A stretch of DNA of 64,000 nucleotides from Bacteroidota bacterium (GTDB taxonomy: Bacteria > Bacteroidota > Bacteroidia > B-17B0 > Aurantibacillaceae), in contig JAWXAS010000035.1 in the NCBI GenBank assembly GCA_034439635.1, positions 33,297-97,296 of the forward strand, in the 5' to 3' direction. The position numbers and the translations under genes were made by a program. The notes below the pieces were generated by a model that was not told the origin of the DNA, ran no database searches, and worked only from the letters and a program-made list of their open reading frames with translations. Shown here piece by piece: positions 1-9,896 of this stretch (position 1 is the first letter of the stretch; each line of letters opens with the position of its first letter).

Positions 1-1662
1 ACAATTATATGCCCAATCATCTCCTGTACCTCCGTAATATGTGCTCCATTGCCTTAAACCATTTCCGTCAAATTTTGCAATAAATGCATCTCCCCACCAT
101 GAAGAACCACCTCCATAAACTGGTTGGTAAGCACCTAGTGAGGAAATTCCGGAGGGAGAAGTACTTGATCCTACTAAATAGCTATTACCTACTGCGTCTA
201 CTGTACACGTATACGCACAATCGTAAACAGCTCCGCCATAATAAGTGCCCCATATGCGAGTTCCTGAATTATTAAATTTGGCAAGAAAACCATCAGCAAA
301 ACCACCGCCAAATGTTGGTTGATGACTACCAGGAGTTGAAATAATATTTGGATTTGAAGAATCTGTTTGTCCACTAAGATAAATGTTTCCTGCCCCATCA
401 AACGTACATCCGCCTCCCCAATCATCGCCTGATCCACCATAATACGTTCCCCATTGGCGAACGCCTGCATTATCGAACAATACTAAAAACGCATCGCCCA
501 TGTTGCTACTTGTAGAGCCTGCATAATTTGACTGGTGACTGCCCGGTGTTGAAATTACTCCAGTTAAAGTTGAAGTTGTTCCACCAACCATAGCCACGTA
601 ATTTCCGGAGTTGTCTCCTGCGCATAAATTTGCAAAATCACCACCGGAGCCTCCATAATATGTTGCCCATAATCTTACGCCAGCTGAATTAAATTTCACC
701 AACACTGCATCACCCCACCAAGCAGAACTATTTCCACCATAAGCCGTTTGGTGAGCTCCCGAGGTTGCAATATTGTTTGTTGATTCTGAAGCTCCGGAAG
801 AATACGTATTACCAATTGCATCAGCAAATGTATACCAAAGTGCATCTTCCAAATTTCCTCCGTAAAATGTGCCCCACAAACGAACGAGTGGATCAATGAT
901 CAATTCTTGAGAGGGATCTACATTTACAATATCAAAGGAAACCATTGAATTTTGTATCAGCCATTTTGCTTTTAGTTTTCTTCCACCTTGTAAAACTAGT
1001 GGCGCTTGTTCTGTTAATGTTCCTAAAGGCGTTTCAATAATAAGTTCACCATTTTTGTTGATGCTTAATTTTTTTGCGCCTTTAATGTTTAATTTAATTT
1101 TACTATGATCAGCGCCAGGTGCAACAATATAATCGTATTTTAAACTTCCATTCTTTTCGTACCATTTAAGATTTATGCCCTCGTACAAATTTTGATACAC
1201 CACGCTTTTGTAGCTTTGCACACCTAGTACACCATTTGGACAAACTTCTGTATAGTAATTTTCGTAACCGGGTAGTTGATCTTGTTTTTTTACTGTTGCG
1301 CTTTCATTCGCTCCTACCCAATCAATATCCAAACGGTAAACCGTGGTCTGCTCCGGTATTTTATCATTTATACTGCGATGAATTGCTGAGTGGGCATCTT
1401 CTTTAGTTATTTTTTTCCATTTATCTACACGATACGTTTGGTATGATACGCCGTTGTTGCGTAAATGGAAAACCAAATTGCCACTATTACCAGTAAATAA
1501 AATATCAGTGCGAGATTTGGAAAATTGATCGCCAACTTGCCCTTTGTTCTCTTTAAAAGAAATAACTTGAGTTTTGCTCAAAGGAGTTTCTTTCGCACCA
1601 ATAATGAATGAATGCAATAGAAAAATGAATAAGAATATGTTCAATTTTACAATGTTTGACAT
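1..1662 (-). CDS. Secreted SBBP/beta-propeller repeat protein, probable T9SS cargo; 3' end runs off the window
   Basis: Absent from the ORF track because it has no stop in the window. Manual translation from ATG at 1662 gives signal peptide MSNIVKLNIFLFIFLLHSFIIG, then FKENKGQV...YQNLYEGINLKWY...LKYDYIVAPGAD...LIIDPLVRLWGTFYGG and repeats such as VRLWATYYGGSGGD and GLRQWSTYYGGTGDDWAYNC. The same frame reads as sense protein at both ends. Confidence 0.85.
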   Translation of the reverse strand, partial: MSNIVKLNIFLFIFLLHSFIIGAKETPLSKTQVISFKENKGQVGDQFSKSRTDILFTGNSGNLVFHLRNNGVSYQTYRVDKWKKITKEDAHSAIHRSINDKIPEQTTVYRLDIDWVGANESATVKKQDQLPGYENYYTEVCPNGVLGVQSYKSVVYQNLYEGINLKWYEKNGSLKYDYIVAPGADHSKIKLNIKGAKKLSINKNGELIIETPLGTLTEQAPLVLQGGRKLKAKWLIQNSMVSFDIVNVDPSQELIIDPLVRLWGTFYGGNLEDALWYTFADAIGNTYSSGASESTNNIATSGAHQTAYGGNSSAWWGDAVLVKFNSAGVRLWATYYGGSGGDFANLCAGDNSGNYVAMVGGTTSTLTGVISTPGSHQSNYAGSTSSNMGDAFLVLFDNAGVRQWGTYYGGSGDDWGGGCTFDGAGNIYLSGQTDSSNPNIISTPGSHQPTFGGGFADGFLAKFNNSGTRIWGTYYGGAVYDCAYTCTVDAVGNSYLVGSSTSPSGISSLGAYQPVYGGGSSWWGDAFIAKFDGNGLRQWSTYYGGTGDDWAYNC

Positions 1663-1987
1663 ATTTCAAAAAAGGCGACCTGTTTGCATAAATTTAATGA
1701 ATAATTACTTAAAAAAAAAGAAATCCAAATAAGTGCAACAAAACACCTTTTAAATGGTTTAATTTATTTTAGATGTTCGTTAATTTATAGTTTAAATATA
1801 CTAAAATCTAAATATTTTAGAAAGTCAGGTAATTATGATTTTTTTCATTCCCTCAGCCTAAATTGATTTAATTATCCTGCTCCCCAAGGCACATTTATCC
1901 TTTACTCATTTGCTAATAATTTACCCTACCAATTGTTGTACTTTTTGCGTAAATTAACTTAATTCGTAATAATAAAAAGTAAAACCA

Positions 1988-2941
1988 ATGGTTAATCGTT
2001 CCAAAAACCTAATTAGTCGACTCATTCCTTTGTTGATCTTACTTCCGCTTCTTTTTACTTATTGTAAGAAAAAAGATCCAAAGATCGAAGATCGTTTAGA
2101 TAACAGCGCGCCTTATTATGATAAGATCCCGAGAGTGAAAATTGAGAATTACGTGAACCGTTTATTTATTGATATTATTGGTCGTGAGCCTTTTGATTCG
2201 GAGATGCTGATCGAAACAGATAATTTGATCGCTAGCAACTTATCAATTAGCACTCGCGAAGCACTTATTTTAAAATTACAAACAGATCAAACTTACAGGG
2301 CAGGCGATTCTTCATACGCTATTGCTGCAAGTAATCGTATTTATGATCTTATGACAACCCGCTTATGTGAAGGCTTTACCACTAATGATTTCATGGGAGA
2401 ATATGGCATCTCACAATTTGCCAGATTAAGTGATTCTTTACTTGGAAATTGGGCTGGTTTTTACGCTAATAAAGCAAACTCTGAGGCAATTCTTGCGGCG
2501 GCAACAGCCAAGTGGAAATGGTATCATAAAGAAATTACAATTGAGGTTTATTGCACGATTTTGATCAATAACTCCGTTACGTTCACAAAAACGGACTCAT
2601 ACATGGGCAACGAAGATAACACCATCAAATACACATTTAATGATCTTTTATTCAGACAATACACTTTAAACGAGTTCGAAGTTTCTCGAGACATGATTCT
2701 TATGAGTAAATCTGGTATCTTATTTGGAAAAACCGGACACAGCAAAGGCGACTACATGTATATTTTAACTCATAGCAATGAATTTTATGAAGGAACCGTT
2801 AAATGGTTATATAAAACTTTCTTAGTTCGACTCCCAACCACTGAAGAGTTGGTGCCACTTATGGCAACATTACCGGTGGATAAAGACATCATTAAAATTC
2901 AACGTAATATTTTAAAAACAGATGAATATGCAAATTTCTAA
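1988..2941 (+). CDS. Lipoprotein with DUF1549/DUF1553-like helical motifs
   Basis: Hydrophobic signal ending LFTYC-KKK. NRLFIDIIGREP...REALILKLQTDQTY resembles the DUF1549 motif RRxYLDLxGRxP...RxxLIDxLLxSxxY. C-terminal WLYKTFLVRLPTTEE...ILKTDEY. Confidence 0.7.
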   Translation: MVNRSKNLISRLIPLLILLPLLFTYCKKKDPKIEDRLDNSAPYYDKIPRVKIENYVNRLFIDIIGREPFDSEMLIETDNLIASNLSISTREALILKLQTDQTYRAGDSSYAIAASNRIYDLMTTRLCEGFTTNDFMGEYGISQFARLSDSLLGNWAGFYANKANSEAILAAATAKWKWYHKEITIEVYCTILINNSVTFTKTDSYMGNEDNTIKYTFNDLLFRQYTLNEFEVSRDMILMSKSGILFGKTGHSKGDYMYILTHSNEFYEGTVKWLYKTFLVRLPTTEELVPLMATLPVDKDIIKIQRNILKTDEYANF

Positions 2942-3440
2942 TACAGGCATAAAAAAACTTGCGCTTATCGCACTATTCTGCGTTGGCGGTGTATTTAGCT
3001 CTTGTAAAAAGCAAGAAACAAAATACGAGTACGAAGTAAATAACGAAAACATACTACCTGCCAACGTTAATAAAACACGTTTAAAGACCACCGATCAATA
3101 CGTGGCCATTTTATACGCTAACTTATTTCAAAAGGCATTATCTTCAAATAATTTATTTACGATTTCACAATGTTTTGATTCGGTTGGAGATCAAATTTTG
3201 GCACGTCAGATATTAATTGCAAACCTGATGAAAAAACCTGGGGTAATTTTACCAACGGTAGCAAGCATGAACGCAAATATTGAAGCTTTCATTAACGAAA
3301 CTTATGTTCGCTTTTATGTTCGTAATCCCACAGAGTCAGAAAAAGCATACCTGAAAAAAATGATACAGGCCGATCCAAATTACACGCCTGAGATCATTTA
3401 TATTTCTTTTGCGCTATCTGACGAATACATGTACTACTAA
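2922..3440 (+). CDS. Lipoprotein with DUF1553/DUF4214-like C-terminal motif
   Basis: Lipobox FSSC-KKQ. FINETYVRFYVRNPTESE...ISFALSDEYMYY resembles the DUF1553 C-terminus. Overlaps the upstream gene, suggesting translational coupling. Confidence 0.7.
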   Translation: MNMQISNTGIKKLALIALFCVGGVFSSCKKQETKYEYEVNNENILPANVNKTRLKTTDQYVAILYANLFQKALSSNNLFTISQCFDSVGDQILARQILIANLMKKPGVILPTVASMNANIEAFINETYVRFYVRNPTESEKAYLKKMIQADPNYTPEIIYISFALSDEYMYY

Positions 3441-3464
3441 TCTAACCTTCAACACAAACAATAA

Positions 3465-4838
3465 ATGAAAAGAAGAGACTTTTTAAAGAAAGCATCATTA
3501 GCAGCCGCAGGCTCTATTGTTGCTCCTTACATTTTACCTTCGGGTAGATTGTTTGCCGGAAATAATGTTCAGTCGGCGCAACACGTGGTGTTAGTAATGT
3601 TTGCCGGTGGAGTTCGTCACCAAGAAGCTGCATTGCAAGGTTATTTACAATTAGGTCAAGGTGGGAAAATAACATCGCTAAATACCTCGGCCAACGCAGG
3701 TAATATTATGCCAAGCTTATTTAACGGCTTAGCACCTAACGGAAGTTTAACCCCAATTGTATATGGTACCGGAACCACAGGAGCAACTCCGATTTCACCA
3801 GTTATTTCGGGAGCAACATCTATTCAATCATTGGGAACTACTTTTAAAGAGGTACGTTGCATTACAGCGGGGCATTATGATGGCTGGACAGCCTTATTAC
3901 AAGGTAATCGTGTTGCATCACAAGGCTTAAAGCAAAAACCGGTTTACCCAACAATTTTTGAGTATGTTAGAAGAGAGATGGGCTTACCCGCCACCAAAGT
4001 GTGGTTTGTTGGAAATGGTATTGGAGCATCGCTTCCTTTATTGAATTACAGCGAGCATCCAAATTATGGCGCTAAGTATGGCGCTAACTTCTTTGCTCCA
4101 TTGGTAACTTTTGGTGCACAGGGGCAAGCATGGTATGAAGATGCAAAAGCTTACGATCCAACAACCGAATTAGCCCCAATGTATGCCATGAAATCTTTTC
4201 TAGATAAGAATTTCTCGAATATTGGTAAACCACTACCTGACCTTAAGAACACTGAAGCTGAAAAGTATGATATACACAACTTCATGAAACAAATGTTCAC
4301 TAAAACGCATAATAATTCCGTTGCAGCTCCTCCGGGTGCAAACAATGGTGATGCGCGTAACATTGGATACTGTGCGGAACTAATGAAATACTTCAAGCCT
4401 ACTTTAACTGTTGTTAATTTAAGCGCAGTAGATGCTTGTCACCAAAACTATACCGGATATTTACAAGCTTTACATCAAGCCGATCACTCGGTTGGATGGT
4501 TGTGGAATTATATTCAAACACAAATTCCTGAAATGTCAAACAATACAGTAATGTTAGTTGCTCCTGAGTGCGGAAGGGATTTAAATCCAAATCCAATAAA
4601 AGATAATAATAATTATTTCGCTTACGATCACTCAGATGCTAATTCATTACGAACTTTTACGTCTATCATAGGCGGTACCACGCCTGCAGGTTTAGTAAAA
4701 GGAGATGCAACCACTCCAATTGGCTTAAACACAAACGTGGTTCCTACAATTGCTGAAGTTCTTGGGATAAAGAATCAAGTAACAAGCGCTGGATTCTTGG
4801 CTCCTGGAACCCAATCATTCTATGATCTAATGTCATAA
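3465..4838 (+). CDS. Tat-exported DUF1501-like protein (alkaline phosphatase/sulfatase superfamily fold)
   Basis: Tat signal MKRRDFLKKASLAAAG. Motifs VVLVMFAGGVRHQE, DACH, APECGRD (compare DUF1501 EFGRT), YDHS and NVVPTIAEVLGI. Confidence 0.7.
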   Translation: MKRRDFLKKASLAAAGSIVAPYILPSGRLFAGNNVQSAQHVVLVMFAGGVRHQEAALQGYLQLGQGGKITSLNTSANAGNIMPSLFNGLAPNGSLTPIVYGTGTTGATPISPVISGATSIQSLGTTFKEVRCITAGHYDGWTALLQGNRVASQGLKQKPVYPTIFEYVRREMGLPATKVWFVGNGIGASLPLLNYSEHPNYGAKYGANFFAPLVTFGAQGQAWYEDAKAYDPTTELAPMYAMKSFLDKNFSNIGKPLPDLKNTEAEKYDIHNFMKQMFTKTHNNSVAAPPGANNGDARNIGYCAELMKYFKPTLTVVNLSAVDACHQNYTGYLQALHQADHSVGWLWNYIQTQIPEMSNNTVMLVAPECGRDLNPNPIKDNNNYFAYDHSDANSLRTFTSIIGGTTPAGLVKGDATTPIGLNTNVVPTIAEVLGIKNQVTSAGFLAPGTQSFYDLMS

Positions 4839-4846
4839 TAAAAAAA

Positions 4847-5833
4847 ATGAAAAAGTATTATCTCAATAGTTTCTTGTTTGCATCGCTTTTTGTTGTGATG
4901 CTAATTTCGTGTAAAAAAGACGAACCTGTGCCGCCTAACCCTTTTGATGATCCGTCTTTGGATCCTCCTCCAGCAACACCGTCCGGATACAATCCTTCTC
5001 CAACATCGTTTGAATATATCTATGATAAAATATTCAATAAAACGTGTAATAACTCCGGCTGTCATGATGGAACTTTTGAGCCAGATTTTAGGAATATAAG
5101 TAGCTCTTATAACTCTTTGGTGTATGCGCCAATAACAAACAATCCTAATACAAGCAATTATAATTTCCGTGTACAACCAGGAGATGCTTCCAAATCTGTA
5201 CTTATTTCTAGACTTGTGCAAATCCCAGGAAAAACAGTTGGATCCACCTTAACCTTTGGACAAGGTAGAATGCCTTGGAATGACACAACATGGAAATTCT
5301 CGGCACAAAACTCAACTTACATTCAAAATATAACAGACTGGATCAATGCAGGTGCTAAGGACGTGTTCGGAAATCCTGCTATACAAGGGAATAAAAATCC
5401 AAACACCATGGGATTACAGATCACTAATACCGGTAATTCTACTGCCTTTCAACGACCAAAATTTATCAGTATATCAAAGAGCAATGGTCCTATTGATGTT
5501 TGGTGCTATGTTGTTGATGACAATACATTGCCACAAAACATGGTAAGCGCGGAAATAAAATTCTCATTAAACCGTTTTGATTTTTCAAGCGCCGTTACGC
5601 AAACATTAAGTTATACAAGTAGCGGCAATAGCTATCTCGATATGCCTTTAGATAATACAGTACAGTATAATTATAAGCTAACTAGTTTTAATTTAAATAC
5701 AGTATTGAATGATACAGGTTACATTTTCATTCGCACCTACATTCGCGATACTGATCATGCAACACCTTCTGAAACTCCAAATAATGGATCGTTGTACTAT
5801 ACAGATTACTTCATTCTTAAAATCACCCCGTAA
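4847..5833 (+). CDS. Lipoprotein with planctomycete-type (PSCyt1-like) c-type cytochrome domain, CX4CH variant
   Basis: Lipobox LISC-KK and a Pro-rich linker. IFNKTCNNSGCHDG (C67-x4-C72-H73), PGDASKSVLISRL, distal-Met candidate RMP and terminal ITDWINAGA match the PSCyt1 layout. Confidence 0.7.
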   Translation: MKKYYLNSFLFASLFVVMLISCKKDEPVPPNPFDDPSLDPPPATPSGYNPSPTSFEYIYDKIFNKTCNNSGCHDGTFEPDFRNISSSYNSLVYAPITNNPNTSNYNFRVQPGDASKSVLISRLVQIPGKTVGSTLTFGQGRMPWNDTTWKFSAQNSTYIQNITDWINAGAKDVFGNPAIQGNKNPNTMGLQITNTGNSTAFQRPKFISISKSNGPIDVWCYVVDDNTLPQNMVSAEIKFSLNRFDFSSAVTQTLSYTSSGNSYLDMPLDNTVQYNYKLTSFNLNTVLNDTGYIFIRTYIRDTDHATPSETPNNGSLYYTDYFILKITP

Positions 5834-5834
5834 T

Positions 5835-6278
5835 ATGAAAGCACTAATTTCAACTTTAGCTATTGCGGCCCTACTTATATCTTGCAAAAAAAAGGAAGAG
5901 CCAGCTCCTGACCCTATTCCAACGCTGGAGATTGTGAGTATATCACCGTCAACCGTAAAGGAATTTCAGGATTCGGTAATTATCAAATTGAAATACAAAG
6001 ATGCTAATGGAGATCTTGGTGACCAATCACCGGATTTACATTCGCTTTATGTAAAAGACAGTCGTTTACCAAATCCGGATACATATCATGTAAAACCATT
6101 GGCACCTATTTCGAGTGATAATATTCCAATTGAAGGCGAATTAACCATTAAGTTAAATGCTTTGTTCTTATTAGGAACAGGTACATCTGAGGCAACCACA
6201 CTTAATATTAAAATTAAAGATCGAGCGGGTAACTGGAGTAAAGAAGTTACGTCTGCACAACTAACCATCACTAAGTAA
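5835..6278 (+). CDS. Hypothetical lipoprotein, beta-rich Ig-like
   Basis: True start is the ATG 1 nt after the upstream stop: MKALISTLAIAALLISC-KKK lipobox. YKDANGDLGD acidic loop. The ORF-track start at 5709 overlaps the previous gene. Confidence 0.8.
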   Translation: MKALISTLAIAALLISCKKKEEPAPDPIPTLEIVSISPSTVKEFQDSVIIKLKYKDANGDLGDQSPDLHSLYVKDSRLPNPDTYHVKPLAPISSDNIPIEGELTIKLNALFLLGTGTSEATTLNIKIKDRAGNWSKEVTSAQLTITK

Positions 6279-6279
6279 T

Positions 6280-9200
6280 TTGAAAAAAGTAACCTTTATA
6301 AGAATATTTCTTTTATTGTTGTTTGTTTGTAATGGATTAGAAGACCTAAGATCTCAAGTTCTTCAAAATACAAATATGCAAACAAATACCATCACGCTTT
6401 GTCGCTCAAAGTTCTATGATGATGGTGGTCCATCTGCCCCATATCTTTCTGTATTAAACACGGTGGTTGTTCAAACACTAACAATTATTGGAGGTGGTCC
6501 AATTACAATGACATTCAATCCAGGGTTAACTCAAACACAAATTCAAGCTGGAGATTTTATTGCTTTTTACGATGGTATGAATACCCTTGCGTCGCCGGTT
6601 GGTGGTCCGTTTACAGCAATTAATCCTGGAAATCCTTTACCACCTATTATTGCACCTTCCGGAACACTTACTGTGGTTTGGTCAGAGAATGGAAATACAG
6701 TGGGACATGGCTGGAACGGCGGATGGTTCTCTCTGGCTCCACCTCCAATTGCTCCAACAACAAGTATTAGCTCAGTTCCTTCGTGTAGTTCCACTATTAT
6801 TACCATGACAACTACTGAAGGCGTACTGTGTGATTCGTTAAAGGCAAATTATTTTAATATTACTGGGCCCGTTTTTCCTGTTATAAGCACTATTATTCCT
6901 ACACCATGTAATAATGGAACTTGTAATGTATTTCAAATTCAACTAAACACTCCGGGCTTAAGTCAAAATTGTAACTATTCCATTAATTCAACTTTATTTA
7001 GGAAAGATAAATGTGATAGCATTTATAAGTATCAAAATCTTATTACAACGTTCTCAATTGTTACGTGTCCAATAACAGGAAGCATCAATGTAGCTTCTTC
7101 TAATACGGTTTGTGCTTATAGTTGTACCGCCAATGTTAGAGCGGTAGTTCCTGCATCTGTATGTCTCACTTTAAATTATACATGGGATAATAGTTTACCT
7201 CCAACACCCGGGCCTCATGCCATCTGCCCAACTGTTACTACCGTATATAATTGCACAGTTCAAGTTGCTTCTACCTCAAATTCAGTTGTAATAACGCGAA
7301 CAGTTTTTGTGATCGATCCGCAAATAAATGCTTTGGCATCCAATTCAATTTGTCAGGGTACTAATTTTAATTTTTCCGGGACGCCAAGTCCCGGCGCATG
7401 GTTTGGGCCAGGAATTACAAATACGTTAACAGGATTTTTCTGTTCGGGGTGCACCTCTGCCGGAGTTAAAACAATTACCTACCAGGTTCAAAACTGTTTT
7501 GCAACAACTACCGTAAATGTTATTGCCATCAATGTAGGAAGTGCAGATGCAGCTTGTTTGAATGGCCCTAGTTTTACCGTTACAGGAGGAACTCCCGGAG
7601 GCGGAGTTTGGTCTGGCCCACATATCTCAACAACCGGTGTTTTTACACCAACGCAAGTTGGATCGTTTTTAATTACGTATAGTGTTGGCCCATGTGCATT
7701 AAGTAAATCTGTTCATGTTACCAATGCATTAACTGTTCCTTCGGGAACAACTAATATTTGTAGATCCAACTGGTACACATACCTCGTTAATTTACCTGGA
7801 ATTTCACCTGCAGGTGGAAGGTTTTATAAAGTTGGGCCTGGAATTTTAAATACTGTTATAGGAACATTTAGCCCTAATCTTGCAGGAGTTGGAATGCATG
7901 TAATAACCTACTCTTTACTTAGTGGATGTTCAGAAACATTTGCTGTGAACGTATTGGATATAGATGTTACTCCAAGTACCGCTACAACTTGTCCATCGCA
8001 TATTCCCTTTTTATTATCAAGCTTTCCTTCTACCGCTACTCCAGCCGGTGGCAGTTGGAGCTGTTCTGTTGGAGGGGCAATACAAAACCCCGGAACAGGA
8101 ATGTATAATCCTTCGGCCGGTGGTGTAAACAACCACAATGATTTTTTAGTTTACAAAGCATTAAATGGTTGTCCTGATACAATTTTAATGCGGTGTATAC
8201 GAACTAATATTACAATTGACAGCTTGTTCTTTTGTACCACCAGCAATACACTTCAACTCACTAATAGTTTTGCAACATTTAGTTATGCACCGTCGGGAGG
8301 TATTTATAGCGGACTAGGTGTAAGTTTTGCAGCAGGGAATTATATTTTTAATCCTAGTACAGCAGGACCCGGTGTTCATACCTTAAAGTATGATATCAAT
8401 ACCTGTACCGACTCTATAAAAATGATTGTTTATCCAGCGGTGGTAACTGTTCCGGATTTAACAGTGTGCTCAACACATCCAACACTATCTCTTGTAACAC
8501 CACCTTTACCATTTGGAACTAATTGGACCGGCGGACCAGGCTTAATAACTCCTTCGCTGGGAATTATGAATCCGGGCGCTGTGATAGCAGGAAATCAATA
8601 CACTTATACATTTGTAAACAGAGCCGGTTGCGGCACAGGTAGTGCAAAAGTTTACGTGTACCAATTTGTGCCTGCAAATATTTCAAATCTTGCGCCTGTA
8701 CATTGTTATAAGAATACAACGTATACATTCAATACAATTCCACCAAACGGAACCCTCATTGCAGTAAGTACAATTACACCCAATACGTTCAATCCATCGG
8801 TAGTTGGAGCCGGCCAATATACGATAACCTATGAGTTTGGTATTGGAGCTTGTTTTACCAGCACTAGTGTTGTTGTTAAAGTTTATCCACAGCTAACTAC
8901 TAGTGCTAGTATTTCCTCACCAACTATTTGTTTAGGACAATCTTCCATACTCAACATAAAAGGAACCGGCGGTTTACCAACAGTTACGCAATACACTTAT
9001 AATTGGACAAATAATTTAACTCAACAAAACACACACAATGTAGTTCCAAATGCAACAACCGTATATACATGCGTAACTATTGATGGCTGTTCTGATCCAG
9101 TTATCGACACGTTTAGAGTTTTTGTTTATCCGTCTTATTACCCTGCATTTGTTACACCAATAAAACAATGTTATGGTGTGGCTGCGCAAGTAACTACCAA

Positions 9201-9894
9201 TATCACACCTTCAACAGGGCCTTACACATATACATGGAATACTACCCCTGCTCAAAATGGAAGTGTATTAAATGGTTTAGCAGGGAAGAATTACATTTTA
9301 AAAATAAAGAACACAGCTACGGGTTGCACAAAAGATACATCTATTGTTATTCCGGGGTATAATGCAATTAAAGCACTCTTCTCGCCTAACCCGAATTTAA
9401 GTTGCGTTCCATTTGAGGAAAGCAATATTTCATTCCTCGACCTCAGTAATGGAACTACCGGCGGTTCTTGGAGTTTTAATGGGCAAGCGCAGTCTTATAC
9501 ACCTGGTCAAACTGTATCGCACGATTTTGTTAATGCAGGGAATTATAACGTAACATTAAATGTGGTGAACGAAGGTAATTGTCCGAGTTCATATGCCTTA
9601 TCAGTTTGTGTGCTTGAATCAACCGATATCTTTTTACCCGATATTTTCTCGCCAAATAACGATGGTGCCAATGATGTATTGTATTTACGTGGTAATGGTG
9701 TAAAAGAAATGCTATTCCAAATTTACGACCGTTGGGGCAACAAAGTATTTGAATCTACAAACGTAAAAGATGGTTGGGATGGAACGTATAAAGGAAAAGA
9801 TGCTGAACCTGGTGTTTATGCTTATTATTTAAACGTTACCATGTTCACTGATAAAAAATTAGTTCAAAAAGGTGATATTACCCTTGTAAGATAA
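6280..9894 (+). CDS. Large Cys/Thr-rich surface protein with PKD domain and T9SS type B (gliding-motility-associated) C-terminal domain
   Basis: Signal peptide; CUB-like FYDDGG N-terminal region; about 7 xPxGGxWSGPG-type repeats; PKD-like HDFVNAGNYNVTLNV; tail PDIFSPNNDGAND...IYDRWGNKVF...WDG...GVYAY...GDITLVR. Confidence 0.9.
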   Translation: MKKVTFIRIFLLLLFVCNGLEDLRSQVLQNTNMQTNTITLCRSKFYDDGGPSAPYLSVLNTVVVQTLTIIGGGPITMTFNPGLTQTQIQAGDFIAFYDGMNTLASPVGGPFTAINPGNPLPPIIAPSGTLTVVWSENGNTVGHGWNGGWFSLAPPPIAPTTSISSVPSCSSTIITMTTTEGVLCDSLKANYFNITGPVFPVISTIIPTPCNNGTCNVFQIQLNTPGLSQNCNYSINSTLFRKDKCDSIYKYQNLITTFSIVTCPITGSINVASSNTVCAYSCTANVRAVVPASVCLTLNYTWDNSLPPTPGPHAICPTVTTVYNCTVQVASTSNSVVITRTVFVIDPQINALASNSICQGTNFNFSGTPSPGAWFGPGITNTLTGFFCSGCTSAGVKTITYQVQNCFATTTVNVIAINVGSADAACLNGPSFTVTGGTPGGGVWSGPHISTTGVFTPTQVGSFLITYSVGPCALSKSVHVTNALTVPSGTTNICRSNWYTYLVNLPGISPAGGRFYKVGPGILNTVIGTFSPNLAGVGMHVITYSLLSGCSETFAVNVLDIDVTPSTATTCPSHIPFLLSSFPSTATPAGGSWSCSVGGAIQNPGTGMYNPSAGGVNNHNDFLVYKALNGCPDTILMRCIRTNITIDSLFFCTTSNTLQLTNSFATFSYAPSGGIYSGLGVSFAAGNYIFNPSTAGPGVHTLKYDINTCTDSIKMIVYPAVVTVPDLTVCSTHPTLSLVTPPLPFGTNWTGGPGLITPSLGIMNPGAVIAGNQYTYTFVNRAGCGTGSAKVYVYQFVPANISNLAPVHCYKNTTYTFNTIPPNGTLIAVSTITPNTFNPSVVGAGQYTITYEFGIGACFTSTSVVVKVYPQLTTSASISSPTICLGQSSILNIKGTGGLPTVTQYTYNWTNNLTQQNTHNVVPNATTVYTCVTIDGCSDPVIDTFRVFVYPSYYPAFVTPIKQCYGVAAQVTTNITPSTGPYTYTWNTTPAQNGSVLNGLAGKNYILKIKNTATGCTKDTSIVIPGYNAIKALFSPNPNLSCVPFEESNISFLDLSNGTTGGSWSFNGQAQSYTPGQTVSHDFVNAGNYNVTLNVVNEGNCPSSYALSVCVLESTDIFLPDIFSPNNDGANDVLYLRGNGVKEMLFQIYDRWGNKVFESTNVKDGWDGTYKGKDAEPGVYAYYLNVTMFTDKKLVQKGDITLVR

Positions 9895-9896
9895 TA

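Noticed and set aside
5709-5834. N-terminal extension of the 5709-6278 ORF
   Set aside because: It overlaps the cytochrome gene; the lipoprotein signal begins at ATG 5835.
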